DNA from: Felis catus
Lineage: Eukaryota
NCBI RefSeq assembly: GCF_018350175.1
Contig: NC_058373.1
Span: 99,574,001 to 99,638,000, forward strand
Length of the DNA: 64,000 bases
Reading direction: 5' to 3'
Below the pieces are notes generated by a model. That model ran no database searches. It was not told the DNA's origin and saw nothing but the letters and a program-made list of their open reading frames with translations. How positions within the stretch are numbered: the stretch's first letter is position 1; each line of letters begins with the position of its first letter. Both the position numbers and the translations under genes were made by a program. Of the stretch, positions 24,150-36,860 are shown piece after piece.

Positions 24150-24545
24150 CAGAGAAGAAAAAGAAAGCAAAAGAGAAAGGAGAGAAGGAGGAAGGGAGCC
24201 AGGGAGGGAGGAAAAAAGGAGGGAGGAAGGGAAGGAAGGAAGGAAGGAAGGAAGGAAGGAAGGAAGGAAGGGAAGGAGGGAAGGAAGGAAGGAAAGGAAG
24301 GAGCAAAGGAAGGAAGTAAAGGAAGGGAAGGAGGGAGGGAGGGAAGGAAGGAAAGAATGGAGTGAAGGAAGGAAGGCAGGAAGGAAGAAAGGAAGGGAGG
24401 AAGGAAGGAAGGAAGGAAGGGAAGGAAGGAAAGAAGGGAAGGAGGGAGGGAAGGAAGGAAGGAAGGGAAGGAAGGAAGGAGGGAAGGAAGGAAGGAGGGA
24501 GGGAAGGAAGGAGGGAGGGAAGGGAAGGAGGAAGGAAGGAAGCAA
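24150..24545. repeat. Polypurine (GGAA)n/(GGGA)n low-complexity tract
   Basis: About 400 bp almost exclusively G/A. Confidence 0.97.
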
Positions 24546-25480
24546 GAACAGAGAAATAAGGGCAGTGATATTAAGTCTGTTTCTGAAAACATTTCAGCAT
24601 GCCCTTCCGGAAGCCGTTTGCTTCAATGAGATTGCATCATCACCATCAATCAAGTTTTAATGTGCAGGAATCAAAGAGGAGATCATATTCTTCTTCAGGC
24701 AGTTACTTTTACAGAGTAAGAAAGACTTGATAACTCAGCAATGACATCACAACAAGCAATATCCTACACTGGGAGAGCTAGTCAAAATACTACTACTGTT
24801 CCACCGCAATTACCGCTGCTATTACTACAGCTGCTCCTCCTCCTCTTCCTCAAATCTTGCTACTCCCCCCACCTCAACTACAAGCCAGAAATCTCTTTAG
24901 TATTGCAATATAGTGACCCCAGGAGCCACGTACCGTTGGCAGTGCTGACAAATTGTGTTTCTGCACCATAGTGTCAAACTTATAATATTTGACCACTAAC
25001 ATTTTTCACAATAAAATTGAAACAATATTTATAATTTGATAAAACCTCAGATTTATTTTTGTATCCTGCAAATTGAATCAACAGTGATGATCTTTGGTGT
25101 TAACCTTGGCTTTGGATAAATATCTACTTAAATATTCACCCATTTGGCATCTGTATGTGCTGCGTCTCTATTTTCCCTTTGTTTCTGTGGAATTTTCCTT
25201 TTGAAAAATCCTTTGCTGTCATCTTAGCAGGATGTTGAAAGGAAGCAAACAGGAATACGCATGATTTTTTAGGGTACCTTATGCTTTAAACCTCACCAAT
25301 TTCCTTAAGAATGTTGATCATAACAATGGATCGTACACACATGTTCCAGAAATTCTTCCGTGTGCTTTGCATCTAGTAACTCTTGGTTTCTCAGATGAGG
25401 AACTTACCAACTCACTCAACTAATTAGTGGCAGAGCCAGGACTCAAATGAAACATTTTGGTTCTGGAGTTTATGCTTGCT

Positions 25481-25710
25481 TTTTTTTTTTTTTTTTTAAT
25501 TTTTTTTCAACGTTTATTTATTTTTGGGACAGAGAGAGACAGAGCATGAACAGGGGAGGGGCAGAGAGAGAGGGAGACACAGAATCAGAAACAGGCTCCA
25601 GGCTCTGAGCCATCAGCCCAGAGCCCGATGCGGGGCTCGAACTCTCAGACCGCGAGATCGTGACCTGGCTGAAGTCGGACGCTTAACCGACTGCGCCACC
25701 CAGGAGCCCC
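25481..25710 (-). mobile_element. Young SINEC_Fc element inserted in a MIR
   Basis: TSD TGGAGTTTATGCTT at 25464-25477 and 25711-25724; MIR-like CAGATGAGGAA...AGTGGCAGAGCCAGGACTCAAA upstream. Confidence 0.96.
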
Positions 25711-26109
25711 TGGAGTTTATGCTTTTAATCTACAAGCTATACTGCTTCCAGACCTGCTTTCCTTATCATAGTCTTCTTTTTATCCATAAAATGCAGCAAT
25801 TATTGAAATATTTATTTTATTGCATACATTCTGCTGCTCTATTGATGATAAAAATAACACGTGCTCATTCTTAAAAATGTAAACAATGTAAAATGTAAGC
25901 ATGGAAAAATAGAAATAAATGTAAACAATTATTTAATCTATATTCCAATACTCAGTGGTAGGCCCCGTAAACAAGCGTTCTCTTCTGGTTCCTTAACACA
26001 TGTATAATCCATTAGGATGAATGTGCTTCTTGAGAGGGAGTGACTGTTCACTGCTGTATTTCCAGTGCCCAGAACAGTACCTGTACACATTTGTCACTCA
26101 ATAAACGCT

Positions 26110-26339
26110 TCTTTTTATTTTTATTTATTATTTTTTTATGTTTATTTATTATTTTGAGAGAGAGATAGAGTGTGAGCAGGAGAGGGGCAAAGAGAGAGGG
26201 AGACACAGAATCTGAAGCAGGATCCAGGCTCCAAGCTGTCAGCACACAGCCCATCTCAAGGCTCAAATTCACAAACCATGAGATCATGACCCGAGCGCTG
26301 AAGTCTGCCGGTTAACCGATGGAGCCACCCAGGCACCCC
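26110..26339 (-). mobile_element. Can-SINE
   Basis: Reverse-complement SINE ending GAGCCACCCAGGCACCCC. Confidence 0.93.
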
Positions 26340-26375
26340 TTGCTTTCTTTTGTTATTTAAACTTCTTTTTATTTT

Positions 26376-26590
26376 GGGGGGCACCTGGTGGCTCCGTCAG
26401 TTAAGCGTCTGACTTCAGCTCAGGTCATGATCTCACAGTGCGTGAGTTCAAGCCCCATGTGCTGACAGCTCAGAGCTTCGAGCCTGCTTCAGATTCTGTG
26501 TCTCCCTGTCTCTCTCTCTCTGCCCCTCCCCAACTTGTGCTCTGTCTCTCAAAAATAAATAAATGGTAAAAACTAAAAAAAAAAATAATA
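26376..26590 (+). mobile_element. Can-SINE
   Basis: GGGGCACCTGGTGGCTC head, CT tract, A tail. Confidence 0.93.
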
Positions 26591-26593
26591 AAC

Positions 26594-26825
26594 TTTTTAT
26601 TTTTAAAGTTTACTTATTTATTTTGAGAGAAGGAGAGAATTTATTTACTTTGAGACAGAGGGAGCTCTGGAGTACACATGAGTGGGGGAGAGGCAGAGAG
26701 AATCCCAAGGGGGCTCTGAGCTGCACCCACCTAACACTGGGCTGGATCTCATGAACCTTGGGATCCTGACCTGAGCCAAAATCAAAAGCCAGCTGTTCAA
26801 CCAACCGAGCCACCTAGGTGCCCCA
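26594..26825 (-). mobile_element. Can-SINE (older subfamily)
   Basis: Ends CCGAGCCACCTAGGTGCCCC; short duplicated TTTATTTA...TTGAGA tail segment. Confidence 0.9.
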
Positions 26826-26826
26826 C

Positions 26827-27123
26827 ACAAGTGCCCTCCTTAACCCCCATCACCTATTTCACCCATTCCCCCCATGCCCGTCCCCTCTGGTAACCATCAG
26901 TTCTCTATAGTTAAGTGTCTACTTCTTGGTTTTCGTCTCTCTCTCTTTTTTCTTTCCCTTTGCTCATTTGTTGTGTTTCTTAAATTCCACAACGAGGGAA
27001 ATCAAATGGTATTTGTCTTTCTCTGGCTGACTTCTTTCACCTAGCATTAATACCCTCCAGATCCACCATGCTTTTGCAAATAGCAAGATTTTATTTTATT
27101 TTTTATGACTGGATAATTTTCCT

Positions 27124-27164
<41 letters not shown>

Positions 27165-27192
27165 CATCTTTATCCATTCATCAATCAGTGGC
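26827..27192 (-). mobile_element. Carnivore L1 3' fragment containing (TG)n at 27126-27161
   Basis: ACAAGTGCCCTCCTTAACCCCCATCACC...TAAATTCCAC...GGTATTTGTCTTTCTCTG parallels 51478-51720. Confidence 0.85.
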
Positions 27193-27234
27193 CCTTACCT
27201 TGTCTTTAAAATTGAAAGTTTGGAAATAAATTTG

Positions 27235-27440
27235 CTTGGTTTATATCCCATGTCCATCACTGACTAGCTATGGGATCTATGTAAATTACTTAATCTCTTT
27301 AACTTTGGCTTTCTGTAAAATGAAGTTAATAGTAGTACCTTCCATAGTGAGAATTAAATGAGATCGTGTAAATAAAACACTTACTAGTGCTGATGCATAA
27401 GAAGAGTGCGACATAAGTTGGCTACCCAATTATTATTTTG
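27235..27440. mobile_element. MIR fragment
   Basis: CACTGACTAGCTATG...TTACTTAATCTCT...CTGTAAAATG...GAGAATTAAATGAGAT. Confidence 0.7.
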
Positions 27441-28889
27441 TTATCTATAGAGCTCTGAATATACTTTGCATATCAGCTATAAAACCCTCACAAATTACAT
27501 TCACACCAGCAGTGTTGTCAATAGATTTATGTCCAAAAGTGCCAAGAAAAATAATACACCGAACAGATGACCTACATATAACAGAACCCACTTCTTATTG
27601 CTGGTACCTTATATGTCCACCTTAAAAATGTTATTCAGATTTCCCTCACTGAGTTTCCTTTCTGTTCTTTGCCATGGTATTCATTGTAGAAAGAGGAATG
27701 TAAGTTAGTGAAATGGAGAATAGGTAAATGAAACTCTTAAAATTCATTTGATATGAAACCCTTGGCTAATGAGGGATTGGTTCAAATTATAGATAATCCC
27801 ATCATTATCCTATGATTTTTTTAAAAATTTGTATTCACTTTATTTAAGCTAAAAAAAAAAGATAATTCAACTATTACCCTATGATGCTTTTTCTTCTTTG
27901 TATGTAAGATGCTAGAGGAAGAGAAAGGAGAAATAACCCGGTACTTGACACTCTGCTTGCTGTTCGAATCACTGATAAAATAGAGACATATTTAATTTAT
28001 GTATGCTATTATTTATTTCATTCCATTTTTCTCACATTCTTCTGCAACATCATTTTAAGGTACTACTTAGCAACCCACTGCATGGATAAATAACAATTTA
28101 TTTAATAAATCTCCTCTAATTGGACATCTAGACCATTTCTATTTTTTCCCCTAGTAAGCAATGTTGAGTTGAATCTAATTACAGCCCATTTTTGCACCAT
28201 CTGATGATTTTCCTGAATTAAGGATGTGTATTTTAATCATGCCCACTTAGAACTGAAACTAATATAACACTCTACATTAACTATGCTGGAATTAAAATTA
28301 AAAACTTAATAAAAAAGAAAGAAAGAAGAAATAGAACTGTTATAAAATGTAGCACCACCCACCCTCCTACCCTCAGGGCAGGCTTCAAACACAACTGTTA
28401 GCTCCACCTTGCCTTGACAGTTTCACCACTGGCATCAACCAAGTGTTAGCCTTCCGGTCTTGTGGTTTTACTGTCAGTCCCATTAAATCTCTCACAGTGC
28501 TCCCTTGCTGTGCTCACTGATGAACAATGCATGCTTCTACCACTCAGAGCCACTGATCTCAGTTCAACATGCTTCTAATACAGCAGCAAGGGAAGCTGGG
28601 GGTAACAAGCTGGGTAAACTGTGGGTTCAAAGCCTCAGATTACTAACTGATGCTGACTTGAAGCATTTTTCTTAGCTTTCCTGGCACATCTTGTTCTATC
28701 TCTTTCAGATATTTTCCATTTCCTGACCCTGAACTGACACTGTCCTGTCCTTTCTAATTAGGCTGAGCCACAGGGACCACTTCTGACCTACAAAAATGGA
28801 AACTCCACCAGGTTCAACCTAACAAGGCTGAGATGTTTCTTTACCCATCGGAGAACATGGCAACCACTTGTCAGGCTCTGAAGCCGTTC

Positions 28890-29772
28890 AAAATCTGTGT
28901 AACCTTTCCTATACTGGGCGAAATTTCCAACTTTTAATTCCTAGGCTCCCAAAGGTAATGCCAGAAACTTACTTTCCCAGACTTCTTGAGACTAGAATAT
29001 ATGAATATGGCCCAGTTTCCTCCAGTCAGATGCAAGATTTTTGACTCAGAAGAGAATGTTAAGAAAAGCTATTGTTCCTTTAAGGAGAGCTAGAGATAGG
29101 GGTAGGGACTGAGAGGAAGAGAAAATTCCAGGATGCTTTGAAGTTCTATTTCTTGACCTGGATCGTGGTTATATGGAAGCTTGTTATGCAGTTATTCTTT
29201 CATGTTTTGTGCCTTTTTTGCTTGCATGTTATTCATTAAAAAAAAATTTTTTTTAACTCAATTCTGGCCAAGATAGGGGGAGACAAGAAGCTTCCAGAAG
29301 GCGGACATCAGCCCTAGAATTTGTCCCAGGCCTGGATGAGCAGTGTGAGCTGCAGACAGATCTCCCACCTTGCTCTGTGGAAGATGTCCTGCAGGGAATG
29401 TGGGTGGAGCTCTTAGCCTATTGGCTCCATGCCTGTTTCTTTCCCTTTACTAGTGTTCTGTGAGCTACCCTTCAAGTAAAAACTCTTTCTGCTCTGCTAC
29501 AGAAGGTTCTTGGTTGGCAAGTAAGAGCTCTGGCTGAGAAGTGCCTGGGTAGCTCAGGTGGTTAGGCGACCGACTTCTGCTCAGGTTATGATCTCACAGT
29601 TTGTGAGTTCAAGCCCCGCGTCGGGCTCTGTGCTGATAGCTTGGAGCCTGCTTCAGGTTCTGTGTCTTCCTCTCGTTCCACCCTTCCCCTGCTCGCTCTC
29701 TGTGTCTCTCTGTCTCTCAATAGTAAAAAAATGTTAAAAAATTAGAAAAAAAAGAGCTCTGGCTGATATAAG
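28890..29772. mobile_element. Old ERVL-type LTR relic (LTR33/LTR16-like), interrupted
   Basis: ACTTACTTTCCCAGACTTCTTG...CCAGTCAGATGC and terminal TAAAACTCTTTCTGCT...AAGAGCTCTGGCTGATA. Confidence 0.45.
29538..29751 (+). mobile_element. Can-SINE
   Basis: TSD AAGAGCTCTGGCTGA at 29523-29537 and 29752-29766. Confidence 0.95.
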
Positions 29773-30065
29773 GGACTTCAGGTTCTTTTCAGATGAGATT
29801 TTAACTTGATGCTGAAAATGCTGTCCTTGGGGCCACCAGAATGCTGGCTTGGTGGTACCTCCAGACTCTAGGGATTCCTTTATTCTACAATTAGAGTATA
29901 TAGGGTTGAAACATAGTTTCTGCTGCTTTGAATTAGTAATCTCTGCTATTTTTCCTTCCCCCAGAAAATACAAATATACATACACACAAACACACACATA
30001 CACCCACCAGCATCGCAACCCAGGATACCCAAGAATATGTGAAAGTAATGATATACTTGTATGTC

Positions 30066-30380
30066 ACTAGAAGGTAAGCTTCATGGGCATAGATATTTGT
30101 CTATTTTGTTTAGGGCTGCATCAGAGCATTTAGACCTTTAAAAGCCAAGGCTAACATCACTCCCTTCCAGGATAAAATATTAGATGCCACATGTTAAGCA
30201 ATTTTGGTGGAATTTTTATAATTCTGGAGAAACCATGTGTAGTGTTAAAACCAAGCCCTCTGAGAAAAGTGTCTGTTAGAATTATGGTCTCGGATATCAC
30301 TGGCTAAAGGGATATAAAATCAGGAAGTGGTCTGAGCATTTAGCCTGGCACATATTAGATACCCTATAAATATCCGAAAT
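30066..30380 (+). mobile_element. L2 3' end split by a 208-bp templated insertion
   Basis: ACTAGAAGGTAAGCTTCATG...TTTGTCTATTTTGTT...GAGCATTTAG [insert] GCCTGGCACATA...ATAAATAT. Confidence 0.7.
30131..30338 (+). repeat. Dispersed direct duplicate, copy A
   Basis: Ungapped match to 31220-31427, 14 mismatches in 208 bp by manual count. Confidence 0.96.
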
Positions 30381-31219
30381 TAATGAGCACCCTGTCCTAA
30401 AGTGCATTTGTCTATTAGTTCATCTACCAAAGAGCAAATGCTTATGCAGCCTGACATGCTGGTGAAGGCACTGGGTGTTGGAATTGTCAAAGTGATTAAG
30501 GCACAACTCTGCCCATGAGCAATTCAGAATGAGCTGCTTATCCAGAAACCGTGGTACCAACCCTCAGAATATATTTTGTCACTCCTATGAACCCACTTAC
30601 AGCTTCTCTTTAATGGAGATGTGGGGCAGGGCAGGTAGGAGGATTTTTGTTTTTAATCAATTAGCAATGCCTTCCCTCTGTTAATCTCAGCTTCGGGCTA
30701 GACAGGAGGGAGGCAGCAACAATGTAGAATGGTAGATGAGACATTCAGATGCTGTTCACATCTTTTGTCCAGGTTAGTGCTCTGAATCAGTGGTTGTGAA
30801 CCAACCGTGACCATAAATAAGGCAATATTGGGGTGCATATGATCTGATCAATAGCAGATCCTATCACACTCCTCAGTGGCTTTTCTTTAGACTTGGAATT
30901 CATCCCTCTGTATGATCTGGCCCCTGTATGGCCTTGCCTGCCTCTATGACTGCCCTGTAGTTCTCTCCTCCTCTCCAACCACTGGCCAACAGCACAAGCT
31001 TGTCTCCAACCTCAGCCCTTTCTCCCATTATCTCCTCTTCTGCGTATGTTCTCTTTCTCCTTTCTCTCCCTCTCTCTGTCTGCCATCTCCACTAGATTCT
31101 TAGCTCCCTGAAAGCAGGAGCTCGTCAATCTGAGTCACCCATGTGTGCCCAGTGTCTGAAACAATGCTTCACATACAACAGGCATGCAATTACACATTTC
31201 CTTGAGGAATACATTAATC

Positions 31220-31427
31220 TAGACCTTTAAAAGCCAAGGCTAACATCACTCCCTTCCAGGGAAAAATATTAGATGCCACATGTTAAGCAATCTTGGTAGA
31301 ATTTTCGTAATTCTGGAGAAACCATGTGTAGTGTTAAAACCAAGCTTCCTGAGAAAGGTGTCTGTTAGAATTATGGTCTCGGATATCACCAGCTGAAGGG
31401 ATATAAAAACAGGAAGTGGTCTGAGCA
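31220..31427 (+). repeat. Dispersed direct duplicate, copy B (probable source)
   Basis: Ungapped match to 30131-30338. Confidence 0.96.
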
Positions 31428-32481
31428 GTGAAAATTCAAGTTAATATATCTAGAGGACCAAGAAGAAAGTTAGCATTTCATTGTCCAGAGCATTACATTT
31501 ATTCCTTATTAATGTATAAGTTAGAAAAGCTCGATGTCTTTCATACACAGCTCAGGGAACAACTATTCAAACAAACATGCTCTCCTTCCTAAGCGCCAGC
31601 TTGTGCATTACCACACTTAACAGCAGCCCTTTGGGGAGGGCCTGTTATTTTTTAGGTGAGAAACTGAGCTTAGTGAAAAAAAGCAATTTGCTCAAAGATG
31701 CAGAACCACATCAGTCTTTGGAGCAATTAGAAATTTTTATTAGGCTCAGAAATGGACAGCAACAATAATGTATGTGGGATAGGAGTCCTTGGGGACTCCA
31801 GAAAAAAATTCCCAGCTTACTTGAAGGCTAGACAATGATGACTCAGTTCCGGACTCTGTAGCCCACCAGGTATAACAGTGGACGAGTCACTTAAGATTAT
31901 AGATGAGAAAAAGCACAGACAACATGAAAGAATCTATTTGGCTCAAGATATTTTTCAGCAAAACAGTCAGAATATAAAAGTTCTTGGTGCATTTTTGGGT
32001 GATTTTATAAGATTAGCTTAATCAAACTGACAGTAGCTGAGAGAAGGGGACAAAGTGGGAGACACCTAATGATGCATGAAACATTTAGTGATTATCTGGC
32101 AGAAAAACAGCTCACAACAGGAGATTTGTAAGACACCATCTGGAACACATGATCCATTTTCTATGTACCAGAGTAATGGATTTACTGTGATCCTAACAAG
32201 CTAAAGCTTCAGGTCTCCTTCTTGCACAGGTACCTTTCAATTTTGTATGCTTTCTATATTTTATCTTAAAGAAAGGCCTCATAGAAACTTAAATAAAGCC
32301 CACTATAGCTTTGGGGGAAAGGTTCCCTGTTCTATGGATGGGTTAGCATTTAAGTTACAGTTGCATTCTTAAAATAAGAATTTTTAAATAAGCATGCTTA
32401 AATAAGCTTAAAATAGGCATGCTACAATCACTACTTTCCTTTGATTAGCTATTAATTGTAAGAAATAAAATACAAGGTGTG

Positions 32482-32598
32482 AGGAAAGAAAGAATGAAAG
32501 AAAGAGAGAGAGAGAGAGAGGGATAGAGGGAGGGAGGGAGGAAGAGAAGAGAAGAGAAGAGAAGAGAAGAGAAGAGAAGAGAAGAGAAGAGAAGAGAA
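32482..32598. repeat. Compound purine microsatellite ending in (GAAGA)n
   Basis: Directly visible GAAA/GA/GGGA/GAAGA runs. Confidence 0.95.
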
Positions 32599-32918
32599 AA
32601 TCACATAAAATCCGGTCAATTTGTGTATGCCGCACATGGGAAAAAGAGTCCTGAGAAAGCTAACAGAAAATCAGCCTCTGCTGAGAGGCTGCGCCTTTAA
32701 GTCCCAAGTCTCCTTAACTGTCTTTGCTCATGTTTAGGGTTAGGCTAGGTTGGTGGGTTGTTTGGTGTTTATTAATCAAGCATAACACAAAAATAAGATT
32801 TTAAATAAATTTTTGTTAGTTGCTTAATGCATTTTAGAGGCTAACTTATACGGTTATCAAAATGGATTTCAATAGGACAAAAATGATACTGCATTTTCAT
32901 TTTAGATTCAAAAGCAAT

Positions 32919-33119
32919 GGGGGCACCTGGGTGGCTCAGTTGGTTGAGCATCTGGCTCTTGATTTTGGCTTGGGTCCTGATCTCATGGTGTGTGAGATAG
33001 AGCCCTTCCCCACGCTCTGTGCTGACAGCACAGAGCCTTCTTGGGATTCTCTCTCTCTCCTTCTCTCTACCCCTCCCATGCACTCTCTCTAAATAAATAA
33101 ATAAACATTAAAAAAAAAG
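32919..33119 (+). mobile_element. Can-SINE
   Basis: TSD AAAAGCAATG. Confidence 0.94.
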
Positions 33120-33781
33120 AAAAAGCAATGAACTCGAACATGCCATCACTCAGCTCATAACCTCAGGATTTTGTGGTTTGAATTGGCTGTTACATAAAAT
33201 AAATACCATTCCTTCTTTAGTTGGTGACTTGGCAATAAATAATAGAGAAGACCTAGAAGAAACATCATTGTATTATTAAAGTTATTCTGAGTCTGTTTTG
33301 CATAGAATGTTTAAAACATTAACTGATGTTCACACCTAGTTATAAAAACAATGGATAGGGAGCATTCATGTTCTAACTGGTCCCAAAATGGTGTGTATAA
33401 CATGGGGTGGGACACACAAAAAAGTGGTGAGAGAACATTTACCTTGTCAATCAGATTAATAGAACCAACACAGGAAATGGTTCTTCCAGAGGGTCATCAC
33501 ACCCATCAAAATAATGAGCACGAATAACTTTAAGGTTTGTGTTTTGAAAGCTGTTGTTGAGATCCAAGAGTCCTCAGAGCTTTATTCCCTGAACAGTAGA
33601 ACAGGGAGTTTTGTATTCCTTCTAGCCAGTCTAAATTGGGGGGTGGGGTGGAGAGAGGAAGAGTTCTCAGAATCTTAGATTCACAAGTTATTTTCGTGGG
33701 GGCTTAAGAAAGAGAAAAGAATAGAACATATACTTGTGCTTCCAATACTTTTTTCCATTTTCCATTTCCTGTTAAAACCTG

Positions 33782-33866
33782 AGTGTGGTGTGTGTGTACA
33801 TGTGGGTGTGTGTGGGTGTGTGGTGGTGTGTGTGTACATGTGGGTGTGTGGTGGGGTGGAGGGGGT
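33782..33866. repeat. Degenerate (GT)n/GGT-rich repeat
   Basis: GTGTGGTGTGTGTGTACATGTGGGTGTG-like unit present twice. Confidence 0.85.
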
Positions 33867-34041
33867 TCTATTTGAAGCATAATTTTAACCCCAGATCTTG
33901 GTAAGAACAGCCTGATCTCCACCTAATCATGATCTATATACCATTGATCCCCACCTTCCACTTTACCGCTCATCCAACAACCCATCCCATGCTCACCTCA
34001 CAGTGTCTGTGTTTATCTCTTCTGGCCAAAAATAGGTTCAC

Positions 34042-34260
34042 GGGGCGCCTGGGTGGCGCAGTTGGTTAAGCGTCCGACTTCAGCCAGGTCACGATCTCGC
34101 GGTCTGTGAGTTCGAGCCCCGCGTCGGGCTCTGGGCTGATGGCTCGGAGCCTGGAGCCTGTTTCAGATTCTGTGTCTCCCTCTCTCTCTGCCCCTCCCCC
34201 GTTCATGCTCTGTCTCTCTCTGTCCCAAAAATAAATAAACGTTAAAAAAAAATTAAAAAA
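34042..34260 (+). mobile_element. Young SINEC_Fc element
   Basis: CpG-rich; TSD AAAAATAGGTTC. Confidence 0.97.
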
Positions 34261-34404
34261 AAAAATAGGTTCTAATGGGGGAATGAGGAAGAGAAGGAGA
34301 GAGATATATAACAAATGCTACCACCATGACCGTAATCACCAACCAACCACTGATGCCCCTCATAGCCCACCTCCTATCTGGGAAAGAAAGGCACCCCCAG
34401 AAAT

Positions 34405-36860
34405 AGAGTTAGAGACCATTATCCCTCATGATTACAGGTGCAAAAACCCTTAAAAATATTAGCAAAGAGAATTTAGCAATATACAAATAACTTACACCAT
34501 GACGAAGTGGGTTTTCTTCCAGGAATGCAAGCTGGTTCAATGTATGTATACCAATCAATAAAATCCACCATATTAAATGATACAGAAAAATCATTTGACA
34601 AATCCAAAAATCATTTGTGATTTATGATATTAAGAAAAAACTCTCAGAAAAATAGGAGTAGAGGAGAACTTCCTCACCTTTCAATAAACATTTACAAAAA
34701 GCCTACAGCCAACATCACACTTAATAGTGAAAGACTGAATGAAAACTCTTCCCCCTGAGATCAGGAACTAGGCAAGGATGCCTACTCTCACCATTCTTGT
34801 TCAATGCTAGAATTTCTATGTAGTGCATTAAGAAAAGGAAATTAGATGCATACAGAACAAAGAAGAAATAAACTCTCCGTATTTGCAGATGACATATGCA
34901 GAAAATCCTAAGGACTACAACAAACTAGTCAACCAACCTCCTAGAGCTAATAAGTGAATTCAACAAGGTGGTAAGATACAAGATAAACCTACAAAAAACA
35001 ATGTATATGTTTCTTTTCTAGCAACATACATGTAGACACCAACACGTATAATCATTTAAAAAAAGAAAGACTTAGGTATAAATCTAACAAAACATGTGCA
35101 ATTAGTTTTGTGCTAAGAGCTACACAATGCTGAAGAAATCAAGGAATCAAGGAAGATCTAAATAAATGAAGAGACATGCTGCATTTACACATTGGAAGAC
35201 TCGCTCTCACTAAGATGTCAATTCTTCCAAATTGATACTGAGATTTAATACAATCCCTATCAAAATCTCAATGAGGTTTTTTTTGTAAATATGCGCAAGA
35301 TTATTTAACATTTATCTGGAAAAGAAACCTGCTAGAATAACTAAAATAACTTTGAAAAAGAAGAATAAAGTGAGAAGAATCAGTCTCCCTGATTTTAAGA
35401 TTTACTACATTGCTACAGTAATCAAGATTGTATGGTATTAGTGGTAGGATAAATGTATAGATCAACAGAACAGAGCAGAAAACCAAAAATAGACTCACAT
35501 AAATATGCTCAAATGATTTTTGATAAAGATGAAAAAAGCAATTCAATGAAGCAAAGATAGTCTTTCAACAAATGGTGCTTGAAGCAATTGCACATCCAGA
35601 GGCAAAAAAAGTGAACCACAACCTCACACCTTATACAAAAATCAACTCAAAATGGATTATGGAAACCATAAAACATTTAGGAAAAAGAAAGGAGAAAATC
35701 TTCCAGATCTAGGGTTAGGTAAAGATTTCTTAAACTTGACACCAAAAGCAATACCTGTAAAAGACAAAATTGATAAATTGAACTTAATCAATATTAAAAA
35801 CATTTACTCCGTGAAAGCTCTGGTAAGAAGATGAAAAGACAAATCACATAGTGGGAAAAATATATTTGCAAGCCATGCATCCAATAAAGGATATCTACAA
35901 TATATAAAGAATTCTCAAAACTCAACAGTGAGAAAGCAAACAATCTGTGGACAAAAAACATTTCACCAAAGATCTATAGATGGCAAGTAAGTACATGAAA
36001 AGATATTAAACACCATTAGCCATAAGGAAAATGCAAATTAAAACCACAGTGAGATACCTGTAAACACCTATCGAAATGGCTAAAATAAAAAAGAGTGAAA
36101 ATACCAAGTGTTAGAGAGAATGTGAAAAAACAAAATCATTTGTGCATTGCTGGTAGGAATACAAAATGATACAACTACTCTAGAAAACAGTTTGACCGTT
36201 TCTTTAAAAAATAAACATGCAACAATCATACCAAACAATTGCACTCCTGGAAATTGACCCCAGAGAAATGAAGACTTAGTTCACACAAAAATCTGTACAT
36301 AAATGTTTATATTAACCTTACTCCTAATTGTCAAAAAAACTGGAAACAACCCAGCTGTCCTTCAATGAATGAATTGTTAAATAAACTGTGGTACTTCCAT
36401 AGCAGCAGATATTATTCAGCAATAAAAACGAATGACTGGTTGACATGCAACAATCCAAATGAACCTACCAAGAGTCATACTGAGTGAAAAATTCAATCTC
36501 AAAAGGCCTTTTTCACATGTATGTAAATTTGAGTCCACTCATAATACATTTTTGGAATGACAAAATTAAGAAATGGAGAACAGATTAGTGACTGTCAGGA
36601 GCTGAGGAAGAGGAAGGTGTGGGAGGAAAGTGGGGGTGGTTGTAAAAGGACAGTATGAGCAATCGCTGTAGTGCTGGAACTGTTCTATATCTTGATTCTA
36701 TCAGTGTCAATATCCTGGTTGCGATATACCATCGTCTTGCAAATGTTACCATTGAGGAAGATGGGTAAAGTGTACAGAAAATAACTCTGTGCTATTTCTT
36801 ACAACTACGTGTCAATCTACAAGTATCCTCAAGTTAAAAGTTTAACTTAAAAACTAAAAA
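34405..36860 (+). mobile_element. Ancient L1 (L1MC/L1MD-like): RT to C-terminal ORF2 remnant plus 3'UTR
   Basis: Degraded ORF2 motifs (TTTGCAGATGACAT = FADD; GENLPDLGLGKDFL); 3' end GGGTAAAG...ATTTCTTACAACT...AATCTACAA. Confidence 0.85.

Noticed and set aside
24051..24592. 149-164 aa ORFs (PSFL / GRKE repeats)
   Set aside because: Translations of the GGAA microsatellite, which lacks stop codons by composition.
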